The notes beneath the pieces were generated by a model that saw only the letters and a list, made by a program, of their open reading frames with translations, ran no database searches and had not been told where the DNA came from. 64,000 bases of DNA. Source: an uncultured delta proteobacterium. GTDB lineage: Bacteria > Desulfobacterota > Binatia > UBA9968. Shown one piece after another: positions 37,414 to 46,630 of the stretch. Location of the stretch: positions 1,024,001 to 1,088,000 of the forward strand of contig CAVYTU010000017.1 of NCBI GenBank assembly GCA_963771465.1, in the 5' to 3' direction. Positions within the stretch are counted from its first letter, which is position 1, and each line of letters begins with the position of its first letter. The position numbers were made by a program, and so were the translations under genes.

Positions 37414-37872
37414 ATGATCACACGGCAGGAAGCTACGGCGAAGATTCTCGGCGCGAAGCAGAAACAGAAGCTTACTTGGGAACAGATCGCCAAGGGCGTC
37501 GGACGTCACAAGATCTGGACCACGGCGGCGCTGCTCGGCCAGCATCCGATGTCAGCTGAGGAAGCCGATAGTGTCATTAAAATCCTTGGTTTTTCCGGCG
37601 CGGAGGCGGAAGTGGTCGCATCAGCTCTCCAAGAGTTCCCGATGCGAGGATCATTGGACAGCGCGGTGCCCGTGGACCCGACGATCTATCGCTTCTATGA
37701 GCTCATCCAAGTCTACGGCCCGACGATCAAAGCGCTGATCCACGAAGAATTCGGCGACGGCATCATGAGCGCCATCGATTTCGACATGGAAATTCAACGG
37801 AAAGCAGATCCCAAGGGAGATCGCGTGGTGTTGACGCTCAACGGCAAGTTTCTGCCGTATAAGAAGTTTTAG
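37414..37872 (+). CDS. cynS: Cyanate hydratase (cyanase)
   Basis: DPTIYRFYE, FGDGIMSAIDF, GKFLPY. Confidence 0.97.
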   Translation: MITRQEATAKILGAKQKQKLTWEQIAKGVGRHKIWTTAALLGQHPMSAEEADSVIKILGFSGAEAEVVASALQEFPMRGSLDSAVPVDPTIYRFYELIQVYGPTIKALIHEEFGDGIMSAIDFDMEIQRKADPKGDRVVLTLNGKFLPYKKF

Positions 37873-37878
37873 CTTTAG

Positions 37879-39381
37879 CTATTCCCAGCTCGGTTCTTGG
37901 CCGGCATTCTGACCGGCGATCTTGCCGGCCACGAAGCACTCGGTGATATTTCCCGCTTCTAAATAGAGATGGCCGTAAATCGAGCTGATCTCACCGGCGA
38001 CGTAGAGGCGCGGGATCGGCCGTTTCATCGGGTCGAGGACGCGCTGTTTCACATCGTGTTCCGGGCCGCCTTGGGTATTGTTGACAATGGGCCATGCTTC
38101 CATGACGTAGTAAGGCGGATTTTTGATCGGCATCATGGTTTTCGACGGCCGCTTGTGGTCTTCGTCCTGGCCTTTGGCGCATAGCTCGTTCCAACGCTCG
38201 ACCGTGGCTCTCAGCACTTTCGGATTGACATCGATCTGCGCGGCGATGTCTTCCAGTGAGTTGCCCTTCTTAATCCAACCTTTGTCGAGTTCGGCGAGAT
38301 TGTCCTCGCTCCAACTGGCGTCGTAGCGCTCGTCGTTGACGATCGGTATGCCGATGGGTCCGAGCTTGCGACCTTCTTCGTCGAAGATCAGATGGCAGGG
38401 GATACGCGGATAATCTTGAATATCCGCGTCATAATATTCCAGCGGCCGCGTGCCGGTATCCTGCGGCGCGGGCGGATACTCGTCCATGAAGCGCTTGCCG
38501 AACTTGTCGACGCCAATCCAGATCATTTTGCGATTTTCATTTCTCGGTCCGGCCCAAACGTGGCGAATCGCAAACGGCAGCTCGGGGAATTTAAAGCCAT
38601 AGCCGCCGTGGAAATGCCACATATGCCAGAGCGACGCGCCGGCTTTCTGCGCCATCTTGACGCCATCGCCGGTGTTGCCGAGATAGACGGGGTAGACCGG
38701 CTGCGCTTCGAAGTATTGCAGCTTCATGGCGTCATCGTTTTCGTAGCCGCCGCAGGCGAGGATCACGCCTTTGCGCGCTTTGATGTTGAAGGCTTTACCC
38801 TCGCGCTCGGTTTGCAGTCCGATTATTTCTCCGTCCGCGTTGGTGATCAGCTCTTTTGCCGGCGTCGACAGCAGCACTTCGATGTTGCGCGTGTGGACGT
38901 TGTCGTAGACGACTTTGAACAAGCGCGCGCCGCCGCGCAATCCTTTAGCCCAGGGAAATTCCGTGTAGGCTTGAAAGTCTTTGAGTTTGATCGAATCGAT
39001 GTCGTTGGTGCCGGGGAAGGGATAAGTGCCGTGACCGCGGGTTTCAGTTTTAGTCGGCTCGGTGCCGCTGACTTTGGCTAGCTCGGTGAGCCAGTCAATC
39101 ATGCCGACCATCTCTTCGGCCATCTTGCGCAAGATGTCGTCCGGCGTAGTGCCGTTGCAGGTACGCTGCAAATATTGAAAAGCACCCTCGGCGTTATGCG
39201 CAAACGCCACGCCACCGCCGGAGAGAATCGAAATGCCGCCGGGATGGGGCATCTTTTCGATCAGCAATACTTTCGCGCCGGCATCGTGTGCGGTGATCGC
39301 CGAGATGCCGCCCGCCGCGCCGAAACCGACGACGATGACGTCGACTTCTTTGTCCCAGTGAGTTTGCCCGTTGTTTGTCAT
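37879..39381 (-). CDS. FAD-dependent oxidoreductase (flavocytochrome c/TcuA/3-ketosteroid dehydrogenase-like)
   Basis: DVIVVGFGAAG, ILACGGYE, NTGDG, PIPRLYVAGE; AAGGAG RBS before ATG 39381. Confidence 0.87.
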   Translation of the reverse strand: MTNNGQTHWDKEVDVIVVGFGAAGGISAITAHDAGAKVLLIEKMPHPGGISILSGGGVAFAHNAEGAFQYLQRTCNGTTPDDILRKMAEEMVGMIDWLTELAKVSGTEPTKTETRGHGTYPFPGTNDIDSIKLKDFQAYTEFPWAKGLRGGARLFKVVYDNVHTRNIEVLLSTPAKELITNADGEIIGLQTEREGKAFNIKARKGVILACGGYENDDAMKLQYFEAQPVYPVYLGNTGDGVKMAQKAGASLWHMWHFHGGYGFKFPELPFAIRHVWAGPRNENRKMIWIGVDKFGKRFMDEYPPAPQDTGTRPLEYYDADIQDYPRIPCHLIFDEEGRKLGPIGIPIVNDERYDASWSEDNLAELDKGWIKKGNSLEDIAAQIDVNPKVLRATVERWNELCAKGQDEDHKRPSKTMMPIKNPPYYVMEAWPIVNNTQGGPEHDVKQRVLDPMKRPIPRLYVAGEISSIYGHLYLEAGNITECFVAGKIAGQNAGQEPSWE

Positions 39382-39415
39382 CGCTAGAAACTCCTTCTCA
39401 TTCATCCAGTCAGAT

Positions 39416-39489
39416 TCCTTCCCCTTGATGGGGAAGGACAAAGGAAGGGGTGATTTTGAATTTTCACTGGCACCCCCATCTCAATCTTC
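39416..39489. repeat. REP-like palindromic remnant
   Basis: ccttccccttgatggggaagg hairpin, then ggggtg...cacccc. Confidence 0.55.
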
Positions 39490-39501
39490 GCCTGCTAACT
39501 C

Positions 39502-40614
39502 TTACAGCCGCTCCTCCAGCCAATCCAACATGTACGGCAGATTATGCGCCCAGTAGTCGTGACTGCAATGGATGCGGCCGGCGCCGTCTGCTTCGCCGTA
39601 AATTTTCAGTGTCTTGTCTTTGGCGCCAATCTCTTCGAATAGCCGTTTGGCGCCTTCGACTGACATCAGTGTGTCTTTATCGCCGTGGGTGATAAGTGTG
39701 GGGCAAGTGATGTTTTTGGCGATGCCGGCCATGGTGAAATCTTTCAACTGCCGGCGCGCCTCTTCGTGGCTGACGCCGCCGAGTAGTCTTTGACACACCG
39801 GTTGCAAGTGCACGCACCAGTCGTAGAGGTCGTCGAGAATGCTGTAACAGCCGCTCCACGCGACTAGAGCCTTGATGCGCTTTTCAAATGCAGCGACCCG
39901 CGGCGCGTAATAGCCGGCCATGCTGATGCCGAGCAGCCCGACTCGGCTGGCATCGACTTCCGGCCGGGAGATTAAATAATCGATGCAAGCTTTGCCCGGC
40001 ACTTCGTAATCGGGCCGGGTCTTGATTCCTTTCAAGTACATCGACGAACCGCGCCCGGGAGTGTCGACTAACAGCATCGCCCAGCCACGATCGAGCATCT
40101 GTTTGCCGCCGAAGTAGATTTCTTCGGCGTAGGCGTCGGCACCGCCGAGGAATAGCACCGCCGGCCACTTGCCCGGTTTGGGATTCACCGGATGGCAGAA
40201 ATAGCCGTCGTATTCCTCGTCGCCACAGCGCACCGAGACGACTTCGATCTTCGTCGGGTTGAGCTTGGCGGCGGCGCGAAAGTTTTCTTGTGACTTGCGA
40301 AAGCGCTCGCCCCGTTTGGTTTCCTCGGCGCTGGTCAGAAGCACGTCGGACATTCGATAATAATTGCTGGCGTGAAAGAAGTTTTGCCGCGCGGTTGCGC
40401 TATGCCCTGCTGCTAGCGCGGCTTTGGCGCGCGCTTCGCTCTTCTCGGCCAGCGCCAGCCATTCGCGCTCCCAAGCGTCTTTATCGCCAGCTTCCACGTT
40501 CTTCATCGCCCGGGCGATATCGAAGACATCGGCGCCGCCCTGCTGCGCCTGGGCGACGAGCCGCAAGGTATGGCCGCCGAAAGGGTGATTGGGAAATAGA
40601 AAGTCGAACATCAA
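39502..40614 (-). CDS. Alpha/beta hydrolase (2,6-dihydroxypseudooxynicotine hydrolase/FrsA-like)
   Basis: GG.D...EE, D.PG.G, nucleophile motif GISMAGYYAPR.AAFE.R, HG.KD, terminal HC. Confidence 0.87.
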   Translation of the reverse strand: MMFDFLFPNHPFGGHTLRLVAQAQQGGADVFDIARAMKNVEAGDKDAWEREWLALAEKSEARAKAALAAGHSATARQNFFHASNYYRMSDVLLTSAEETKRGERFRKSQENFRAAAKLNPTKIEVVSVRCGDEEYDGYFCHPVNPKPGKWPAVLFLGGADAYAEEIYFGGKQMLDRGWAMLLVDTPGRGSSMYLKGIKTRPDYEVPGKACIDYLISRPEVDASRVGLLGISMAGYYAPRVAAFEKRIKALVAWSGCYSILDDLYDWCVHLQPVCQRLLGGVSHEEARRQLKDFTMAGIAKNITCPTLITHGDKDTLMSVEGAKRLFEEIGAKDKTLKIYGEADGAGRIHCSHDYWAHNLPYMLDWLEERL

Positions 40615-40844
40615 ACCTCCGATGAGTGACTCGCAAGTTGCAACTAGTAACGCCGGGTAATTTACCCGCTACGAATCCAAAGAAATAATCCCAATCGAAG
40701 CGAAAGTACAAGTGTGTTGTCAAGTGAAGACAAAAAGATCTGCTTGACAGCTGCAATGGGGGTTGCTAACTCTCTCATCACAACAAGATTTCCTCAACTT
40801 TGACAGACTCTCGCGATTCAGAGCAGCAGTGCAAGGAGCGCGGC

Positions 40845-40949
40845 GTGATCTTCAGAGGGGAATTACACGGCGGAAAGCCGGTTGCTTTTGCGAATAGTCG
40901 CGGGAGTAGGCCGGCTTTTTTATTTCCTGTTGCCGGAACGAGGCCTTGA
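40845..40949 (+). CDS. Putative 34-aa leader peptide (MIFRGELHGGKPVAFANSRGSRPAFLFPVAGTRP)
   Basis: AAGGAG 6 nt before GTG; TGA overlaps the next ATG (TGATG); spans a terminator. Confidence 0.5.
   Translation: MIFRGELHGGKPVAFANSRGSRPAFLFPVAGTRP
40874..40925 (+). terminator. Long hairpin plus U-tract upstream of GYD-korAB (attenuator-like)
   Basis: aaagccggt-tgctt-ttgcga-atag-tcgcgg-gagta-g-gccggcttt then tttattt; several G-U pairs. Confidence 0.7.
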
Positions 40950-41266
40950 TGGCGACCTATGTCTCGCTGGTAAACTTTACCGAAGAGGGCGCGCGCCACA
41001 TTCGCCAGACCACCGAGAGAGCCAAAGGTTTGATCAACGCTGCGGCCAATCTTGGCATCAAGATCAAGGAGATTTACTGGACCATGGGCGCGTTTGACGC
41101 GGTGTTTACCGCCGATGCGCCGGACGATGAGACGATGACAGCGTTCGCCGTGAGCATCGCTTCTCTCGGCAATATCCGCACGCAGACGTTGAGAGCCTTT
41201 TCCGTAAATGAAATGAACAAGATTGTCGCGATGCTGCCGACAACCGAAGTGACTTCGAGGAGATAG
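40949..41266 (+). CDS. GYD domain protein
   Basis: TY..L..FT.EG, YWTMG.FD, GNIRTQTLRAF. Confidence 0.87.
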   Translation: MATYVSLVNFTEEGARHIRQTTERAKGLINAAANLGIKIKEIYWTMGAFDAVFTADAPDDETMTAFAVSIASLGNIRTQTLRAFSVNEMNKIVAMLPTTEVTSRR

Positions 41267-41294
41267 CAGCTAAAGAACAGAGGAGGTATCGGGT

Positions 41295-43085
41295 ATGGCG
41301 CAAGTCGATCTTTCAATCGCAATCGGCGGCGCAGCCGGCCAAGGTATCGCGACACCGGGCGATATCTTGGCGCGCATCTTCGTCCGCCGCGGACTACATC
41401 TTAACGCCTACAACGCTTACCAGTCGATCGTGCGCGGCGGTCACATCTTTTTGACCTTGCGCACCAGCGACGCGCCGGTGCTGAGCTTCGGCGACAAGCT
41501 CGATGTTTTAATCGCGCTCAATCAAGACACCATGAATCGCCATTTGGGTCTGATGCAGTCAGGCTCCTCCGTGCTTTACAACAAAGACAAGATCAAGCCT
41601 GACAACGCTGCGGACGGGGTTCAACTTTGCGGCTTTTCGGTGAAGGAACTGGCGCCGGCGGTTCGAGGCGACCTGGTGCAGAATACGATTGCGTTGGCCG
41701 CGGTGCTGCGGCTGATCGGCGTCGACTTCAAAATTCTCGAAGAGATACTCACTCTCCAATTCAAACGGAAAGGCGAGGCGGTGGTAGCGGAAAACGTCGG
41801 TGTCGCACGGGCAGGTTACGATCATGCGGCGACCGAGTTCAAAGGGCTTCCCTTCGCTCTGCCGGACACCGGAAAAAAACTAGCGTTCTTCGAAGGCAAC
41901 CAGGCATTGGCGATGGGCGGTGCGGCGGCGGGTGTGCGTTTTTACTGCGCCTATCCGATGAGCCCGTCCTCTGGGGTGCTTCATTGGATGGCACGCCACG
42001 CGCGCCAGTTGGGCATTATGGTGCGCCAAGTGGAAGATGAGATCGGCGTCATCAACATGGCGATTGGCGCCGCGCATGCGGGCTGCCGCGCCATGTGCGC
42101 GACCTCGGGCGGCGGTTTTGCTTTGATGACCGAAGGCCTCGGCGCTGCGGCGATGATGGAAATCCCGGTCGTCTGCATCAACGTGCAGCGCGCCGGCCCC
42201 GCTACCGGCGTGCCGACTAAAACGGAACAAGGCGATCTGTGGCAAGTGCTGGGCGCGGGACAGGGCGATTACCCGCGCATCATCGTGGCGCCGACGACGA
42301 TCCCGGATTGTTTCAAAACCGTGCCCCAACTTTTTAACTTGGTCGACAAGTTTCAGTGCCCGGGAATTGTTCTCTCCGATTTATTGCTCTCCGAAGGCCG
42401 ATCGAGTGTCGACCCAGCTGAGTTGGATTTCAACGTCGCCATCGAGCGCGGCGAGGTGATCGGTCTAAACGGCGCGACGCCGCCGCTCAACGGCGGCTAC
42501 AAACGCTATGAGATCAATGACAGCGGCATTTCGCCGCGGGCGCTGCCGGGCACTCTGGGTTTCGAGCATGTCGTCGCCACCGACGATCATGATGAAGATG
42601 GCGTGCTGATCAGCGACGAGTACACCAACCCGCACAAGCGCCAGGCGATGCATGAAAAACGCATGCGCAAGATGGAAAGCATTCTGCCGCTGCTCGATGC
42701 GCCGAAGCTTTGGGGAGCCCAAGACGCTCAAGTCACGCTCGTCGGTTGGGGCTCTACCGAAGGGGTCGTCCAAGAGGCGATACAGCAGCTGGCCGACAAG
42801 GGAGGAATATCTGCCAATCTTCTCCAGATCAAATGGCTTGTGCCCTTACATGGCGAAGTGATTACTTCAACCCTGGCGAACAGCAAGAAAGTTATCATCG
42901 TCGAGAACAACTACAGCGGCCAGTTTGCGCGCTACCTACGGTCGGAGACCGGCATCGTCGCGGACGGCCATATTCGTAAATACGACGGTGAGCCATTCAT
43001 GCCGCATCATGTCGTCGACGGCGTAAAGGCGATTCTAAGCGGAACGACACATCAGTATGTCCCAGTGCACGAGATTATGGTCTAA
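41295..43085 (+). CDS. korA: 2-oxoacid:ferredoxin oxidoreductase, fused gamma-alpha subunit
   Basis: GGAAGQG, RGGH, YPMSP, QVEDEI, TSGGGF.LM.E, QR.GP.TG.PTKTEQ.D. Confidence 0.92.
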   Translation: MAQVDLSIAIGGAAGQGIATPGDILARIFVRRGLHLNAYNAYQSIVRGGHIFLTLRTSDAPVLSFGDKLDVLIALNQDTMNRHLGLMQSGSSVLYNKDKIKPDNAADGVQLCGFSVKELAPAVRGDLVQNTIALAAVLRLIGVDFKILEEILTLQFKRKGEAVVAENVGVARAGYDHAATEFKGLPFALPDTGKKLAFFEGNQALAMGGAAAGVRFYCAYPMSPSSGVLHWMARHARQLGIMVRQVEDEIGVINMAIGAAHAGCRAMCATSGGGFALMTEGLGAAAMMEIPVVCINVQRAGPATGVPTKTEQGDLWQVLGAGQGDYPRIIVAPTTIPDCFKTVPQLFNLVDKFQCPGIVLSDLLLSEGRSSVDPAELDFNVAIERGEVIGLNGATPPLNGGYKRYEINDSGISPRALPGTLGFEHVVATDDHDEDGVLISDEYTNPHKRQAMHEKRMRKMESILPLLDAPKLWGAQDAQVTLVGWGSTEGVVQEAIQQLADKGGISANLLQIKWLVPLHGEVITSTLANSKKVIIVENNYSGQFARYLRSETGIVADGHIRKYDGEPFMPHHVVDGVKAILSGTTHQYVPVHEIMV

Positions 43086-43095
43086 GGAGTAATTT

Positions 43096-44034
43096 ATGAA
43101 CGAGCCCGCGATTGAGATGAGAGCAAAACCTTCGAGCCCACGGGATAGCGGCGGCCGCGGTCCGCAACTCACGATCAAGGATTTCAAAGGCAAAGCGGAA
43201 CCGGACTGGTGTCCCGGCTGCGGCGACTTCGGCGTCCTGGTCGCATTGAAGCAGGCGCTCGCGGAGCTCGGTGTTCAACCTCACCAGGCGATGGTGATCA
43301 GCGGCATCGGCTGCTCGTCCAACCTTCCCGGCTACATCAGCACCTACGGCATGCACACCTTGCACGGCCGCGCGCTGGCAGTCGCCACCGGCGCCCAGAT
43401 GGCGAATCATGAACTGAAAATCATCGTCACCGGCGGCGACGGCGATGGCTACGGCATCGGCGGTAACCATTTCGTGCACACAATGCGCCGCAACGTCGAT
43501 CTCACCTATATCGTGATGAACAACCAGGTTTACGGTCTCACCACCGGGCAGGTGTCGCCGACCAGCACCAAGGGTATGAAAACCAAGAGCACGCCGGCGG
43601 GAAGCGTGGAGAATCCGCTCAATCCGATCCCTCTGGCGATCGCTGCCGGCGCGACCTATGTGGCGCGCGGTTACACCGGTCAGGTAAAGCATTTGGTCGA
43701 GCTCATCAAAGGCGGCATTCAGCATCGCGGATTTTCATTGATCGACGCCTTCAGTCCGTGTGTGACATTCAATCTCGAAAACGATCACGACTTTTTCAAA
43801 CAACGGACTTTTAAGCTCGAGGATAAGAAGCATGATCCGACCGACTTCGCCGCCGCCATGAAATACGGTTACGAATGGGGCGATGAAATCGCCATCGGTT
43901 TATTTTGGAAGCGAGACGATCTGCCCGCTTTGGATCAACTGGAGCCGGTTCTCGACGAAGGTGGTGCGCTGGCGCGACGCAAACTTGGAATTTCTCCTGA
44001 TGCCGCAAAATCGCTGATTCGAGAATTGATGTGA
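43096..44034 (+). CDS. korB: 2-oxoacid:ferredoxin oxidoreductase beta subunit
   Basis: WCPGCGD, SGIGCS, HGRAL, GGDGDG, NNQVYGLT.GQ.SPT, SPCVTFN. Confidence 0.93.
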   Translation: MNEPAIEMRAKPSSPRDSGGRGPQLTIKDFKGKAEPDWCPGCGDFGVLVALKQALAELGVQPHQAMVISGIGCSSNLPGYISTYGMHTLHGRALAVATGAQMANHELKIIVTGGDGDGYGIGGNHFVHTMRRNVDLTYIVMNNQVYGLTTGQVSPTSTKGMKTKSTPAGSVENPLNPIPLAIAAGATYVARGYTGQVKHLVELIKGGIQHRGFSLIDAFSPCVTFNLENDHDFFKQRTFKLEDKKHDPTDFAAAMKYGYEWGDEIAIGLFWKRDDLPALDQLEPVLDEGGALARRKLGISPDAAKSLIRELM

Positions 44035-44116
44035 CGACCGACCATTAATTCCGTTCACAGCGCACCGATTAGCGAAATCCTTTGCGAAGCGAACCCGACG
44101 GAACCTTTCCGAACTC

Positions 44117-44250
44117 CGTCATTCCCGCATGCTTTAAGCGGGAATCCAGACGGGCCCGGAACTGGACCCCCGGTAAAGACACTCGGGGGTGACGTCTTCA
44201 AGACCAATCTCATCGCCGAGTTCTGATACTTCGCAGTTTGCTGCGGGGTT
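44117..44250. repeat. CGTC-class REP doublet followed by a small hairpin
   Basis: cgtcattcccgcatgctttaagcgggaatcca...tggacccccggtaaagacactcgggggtgacg (44117-44194); acttcgcag-tttg-ctgcggggt (44228-44249). Confidence 0.7.
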
Positions 44251-44353
44251 GTTTGTTTCTCCCTTCGCCCGGCTTCTAGTCTCGGCGGTAGGTGGCAGAT
44301 GTGCGCCTGCGAAAAACGCGTATCGTTCACGAGATCTTTGACCTGTTCCGTAG

Positions 44354-44382
44354 TTGACATCGCGATGGCGGATCGTGATACT
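44354..44382 (+). promoter_or_regulatory. Sigma70-type promoter
   Basis: TTGACA-17 nt-GATACT. Confidence 0.55.
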
Positions 44383-44411
44383 CCTGAAACAAAAATATCG
44401 GAGCGGTAGTA

Positions 44412-45521
44412 ATGAAAAACGGTTTCAAGATTCTCGATTCCGACATGCATCTGCGCGAGCCGGCAAATCTCTGGGACAAATATATGGAACCGGAGTGGCG
44501 CGCGCGCGCGCCGAAGATCCTAAGTTCCACGGCGCGCAGCTCGGCGATGGTGATGATTGACGGAAAAATACTCCAGGGCTACCAACCGACCTATCGCGGC
44601 GGAATTTTTGACGCGACGCGAATTGACAAAGAGATCGCCGATTATCGCGCTGACGGTTTCGACGCCAAGACCCAGTTAAAAGCGATGGATCGTGAAGGTT
44701 TGGATGTCGCGGCGCTCTATCCGTCGATCGGTCTGGGCATCATGATGCGCGATGACATGGACCCCAAGCTAGCCGCAGCCATCGCGCGCGCGTACAACAA
44801 CTGGCTCTATGATTTTTGTCAGACCGATCCGAAACGTCTTAAAGGCGTGGCGATGATGCCGCTGCAGGATCCCAACGAGGCGGTGAAAGAAGCCGAGCGT
44901 GTCGTCGGCAAGTTGGGTTTCGTCGGTGTCTTCGCGCGACCTGAGCCGCTGCGTAACATGCCGTGGCACGCGCGCTATTTCGACTCCGTGTGGTCGTGCT
45001 TGGAAGAGCTCGGCGTTCCCATCGGCTTCCATTCCGCCACGGCTGCCGGCGAAGTGCCACAGATCGGCGATCGCTTTGGTGATAATTTGCTGCTCCGTCA
45101 CGTGGTGTCGCATCCACTGGAAAACATGGTCGCCATGGCCGACACCATCGGCGGCGGCGTGTGCGAGCGCCATCCGAAACTCAAGCTGGCTTTCTTGGAA
45201 TGTTACTGCGGTTGGGTTTCTTTCCTGCTGCACCGTATGGACAATGCCATGGCGAAGGGCCGCTTTCCGACCGCCGGCAAGCTGAAGCCGAGCGAATATT
45301 TTCAACGCCAATGTTGGATCTCCACCGAGCATGAAAAAGAGCTGCCGATGATTATCGATCTGATCGGCGACGACAAGATCGTTTTCTCCACCGACTATCC
45401 GCACGGCGATTCGGATTTCCCCGAGGCGGTCGATGAGTTTCTTGAAATGAAAGGTGTGTCGAAGCAAAGCCAGAAGAAAATTCTTTGGGACAATTGCGCG
45501 GCGCTGTATGGACTCGGATGA
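44412..45521 (+). CDS. Amidohydrolase family 2 protein
   Basis: DSDMH..EP, MD.EG.D...LYPS, YNNWL, GV.ERHP.L...FLE, FSTDYPH.D. Confidence 0.9.
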   Translation: MKNGFKILDSDMHLREPANLWDKYMEPEWRARAPKILSSTARSSAMVMIDGKILQGYQPTYRGGIFDATRIDKEIADYRADGFDAKTQLKAMDREGLDVAALYPSIGLGIMMRDDMDPKLAAAIARAYNNWLYDFCQTDPKRLKGVAMMPLQDPNEAVKEAERVVGKLGFVGVFARPEPLRNMPWHARYFDSVWSCLEELGVPIGFHSATAAGEVPQIGDRFGDNLLLRHVVSHPLENMVAMADTIGGGVCERHPKLKLAFLECYCGWVSFLLHRMDNAMAKGRFPTAGKLKPSEYFQRQCWISTEHEKELPMIIDLIGDDKIVFSTDYPHGDSDFPEAVDEFLEMKGVSKQSQKKILWDNCAALYGLG

Positions 45522-45534
45522 ACAAGGAGAACAC

Positions 45535-46525
45535 TTGAAAAGAACGATTGTTCTCTTCGTAGTTACATTCTTGCTTCTGGCGATTATCCATCCAGGTCAT
45601 GCGCAGCAGTCCGGGAAAATCTTCCGCATCGGTTTCCTGGATAGAAGCACTGCTTCCGGTAACGCGGTCCTCGTGAAGGCGTTCCTGCAAGAGCTGAGCA
45701 AGCTTGGATGGATTGAGGGAAAGAATTTCACCATCGAGTACCGGTTTGGGGAGGCAAAAGCCTGAGCGCCGGCCTGAGCTTGCGGCGGACTTGGTTCGTC
45801 TTAAGGTCGATCTGATCGTGGTCTACAGGGACGCGCCGGCGACAGCGGCGAAGAACGCGACTACTACCATACCCATCGTGATGGCGAACGTTGGGGACCC
45901 TGTGGGTGAAGGTCTGGTTGCCAGTCTGGCGCGGCCAGGAGGCAATGTCACCGGTTTCTCGAGTTTAGCGCCCGAGCTAAATACCAAAAGGCTAGAGATA
46001 CTCAAGGACGCGGTCCCTAAGCTCCTGCGAGTTGGACTTCTGCGGTTGGGGGTAGGCGCCATAGCAGCAGACCTCCAACTGAAAGAGCTCAGACCTGCGG
46101 CTTGGCACCTGAAGCTCAAATTGGAGGAGATCGAGACTCAAGTCGACGCCAAAGGTTTAGAGAGCGCCTTTAAAACCGCAAAGCAGAAACAGGTCGGGCG
46201 ATTATGACGACCGCCACTCGCCGCTTTTTCGCCGAAAGAAAGCGGATCGTCGAGCTTGCCGGCAAATACCGGTTGCCTGCTATTTACTTCGCAGAAGGGG
46301 TATGTCGATGAGGGCGGCCTCATGTCCTACGGGGCGGACTACGATGACATGTACCGCAAGGCCGCCCACTACGTAGACAAAATTCTCAAGGGAACGAAAC
46401 CTGCTGATCTGCCTGTACAGCAGGCGACGAAGTTTGAATTCGTCATTAACCTCAAGGCGGCGAAACAAATCGGTCACACGATTCCGTACGAACTGTTGGC
46501 GCGGGCGAATCAAGTGATCAAGTGA
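45535..46525 (+). pseudogene. ABC_sub_bind (PF04392-type) substrate-binding protein with about three frameshifts; pseudogene or sequence error
   Basis: LGWIEGKN..IEYR, TTTIPIVM...DPV..GLVASLARPGGNVTG, GGLMSYG, VDKILKG.KPADLPV.Q.TKFE.VINLK.AK.IG. Confidence 0.7.
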
Positions 46526-46528
46526 AGA

Positions 46529-46616
46529 AGGCAACGGGCATCAGGCAGTAGGCAGTAAGAAGTTTGGATTCTGGTCTTTGCGTTTTAGTTCGACAATCAA
46601 AATCCAAAATGAAATC
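46529..46616. repeat. Heptamer tandem repeats (AGGCAGT) plus a degenerate TTTGGA/TCCAAAA hairpin
   Basis: aggcaac gggcatc aggcagt aggcagt ... tttggatt ... caatcaaaatccaaaat. Confidence 0.55.
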
Positions 46617-46630
46617 AGGAGGTCGTCATC

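Noticed and set aside
40780-40925. tRNA or known riboswitch upstream of GYD
   Set aside because: No cloverleaf, T-loop or recognisable aptamer consensus; kept only as an attenuator candidate.
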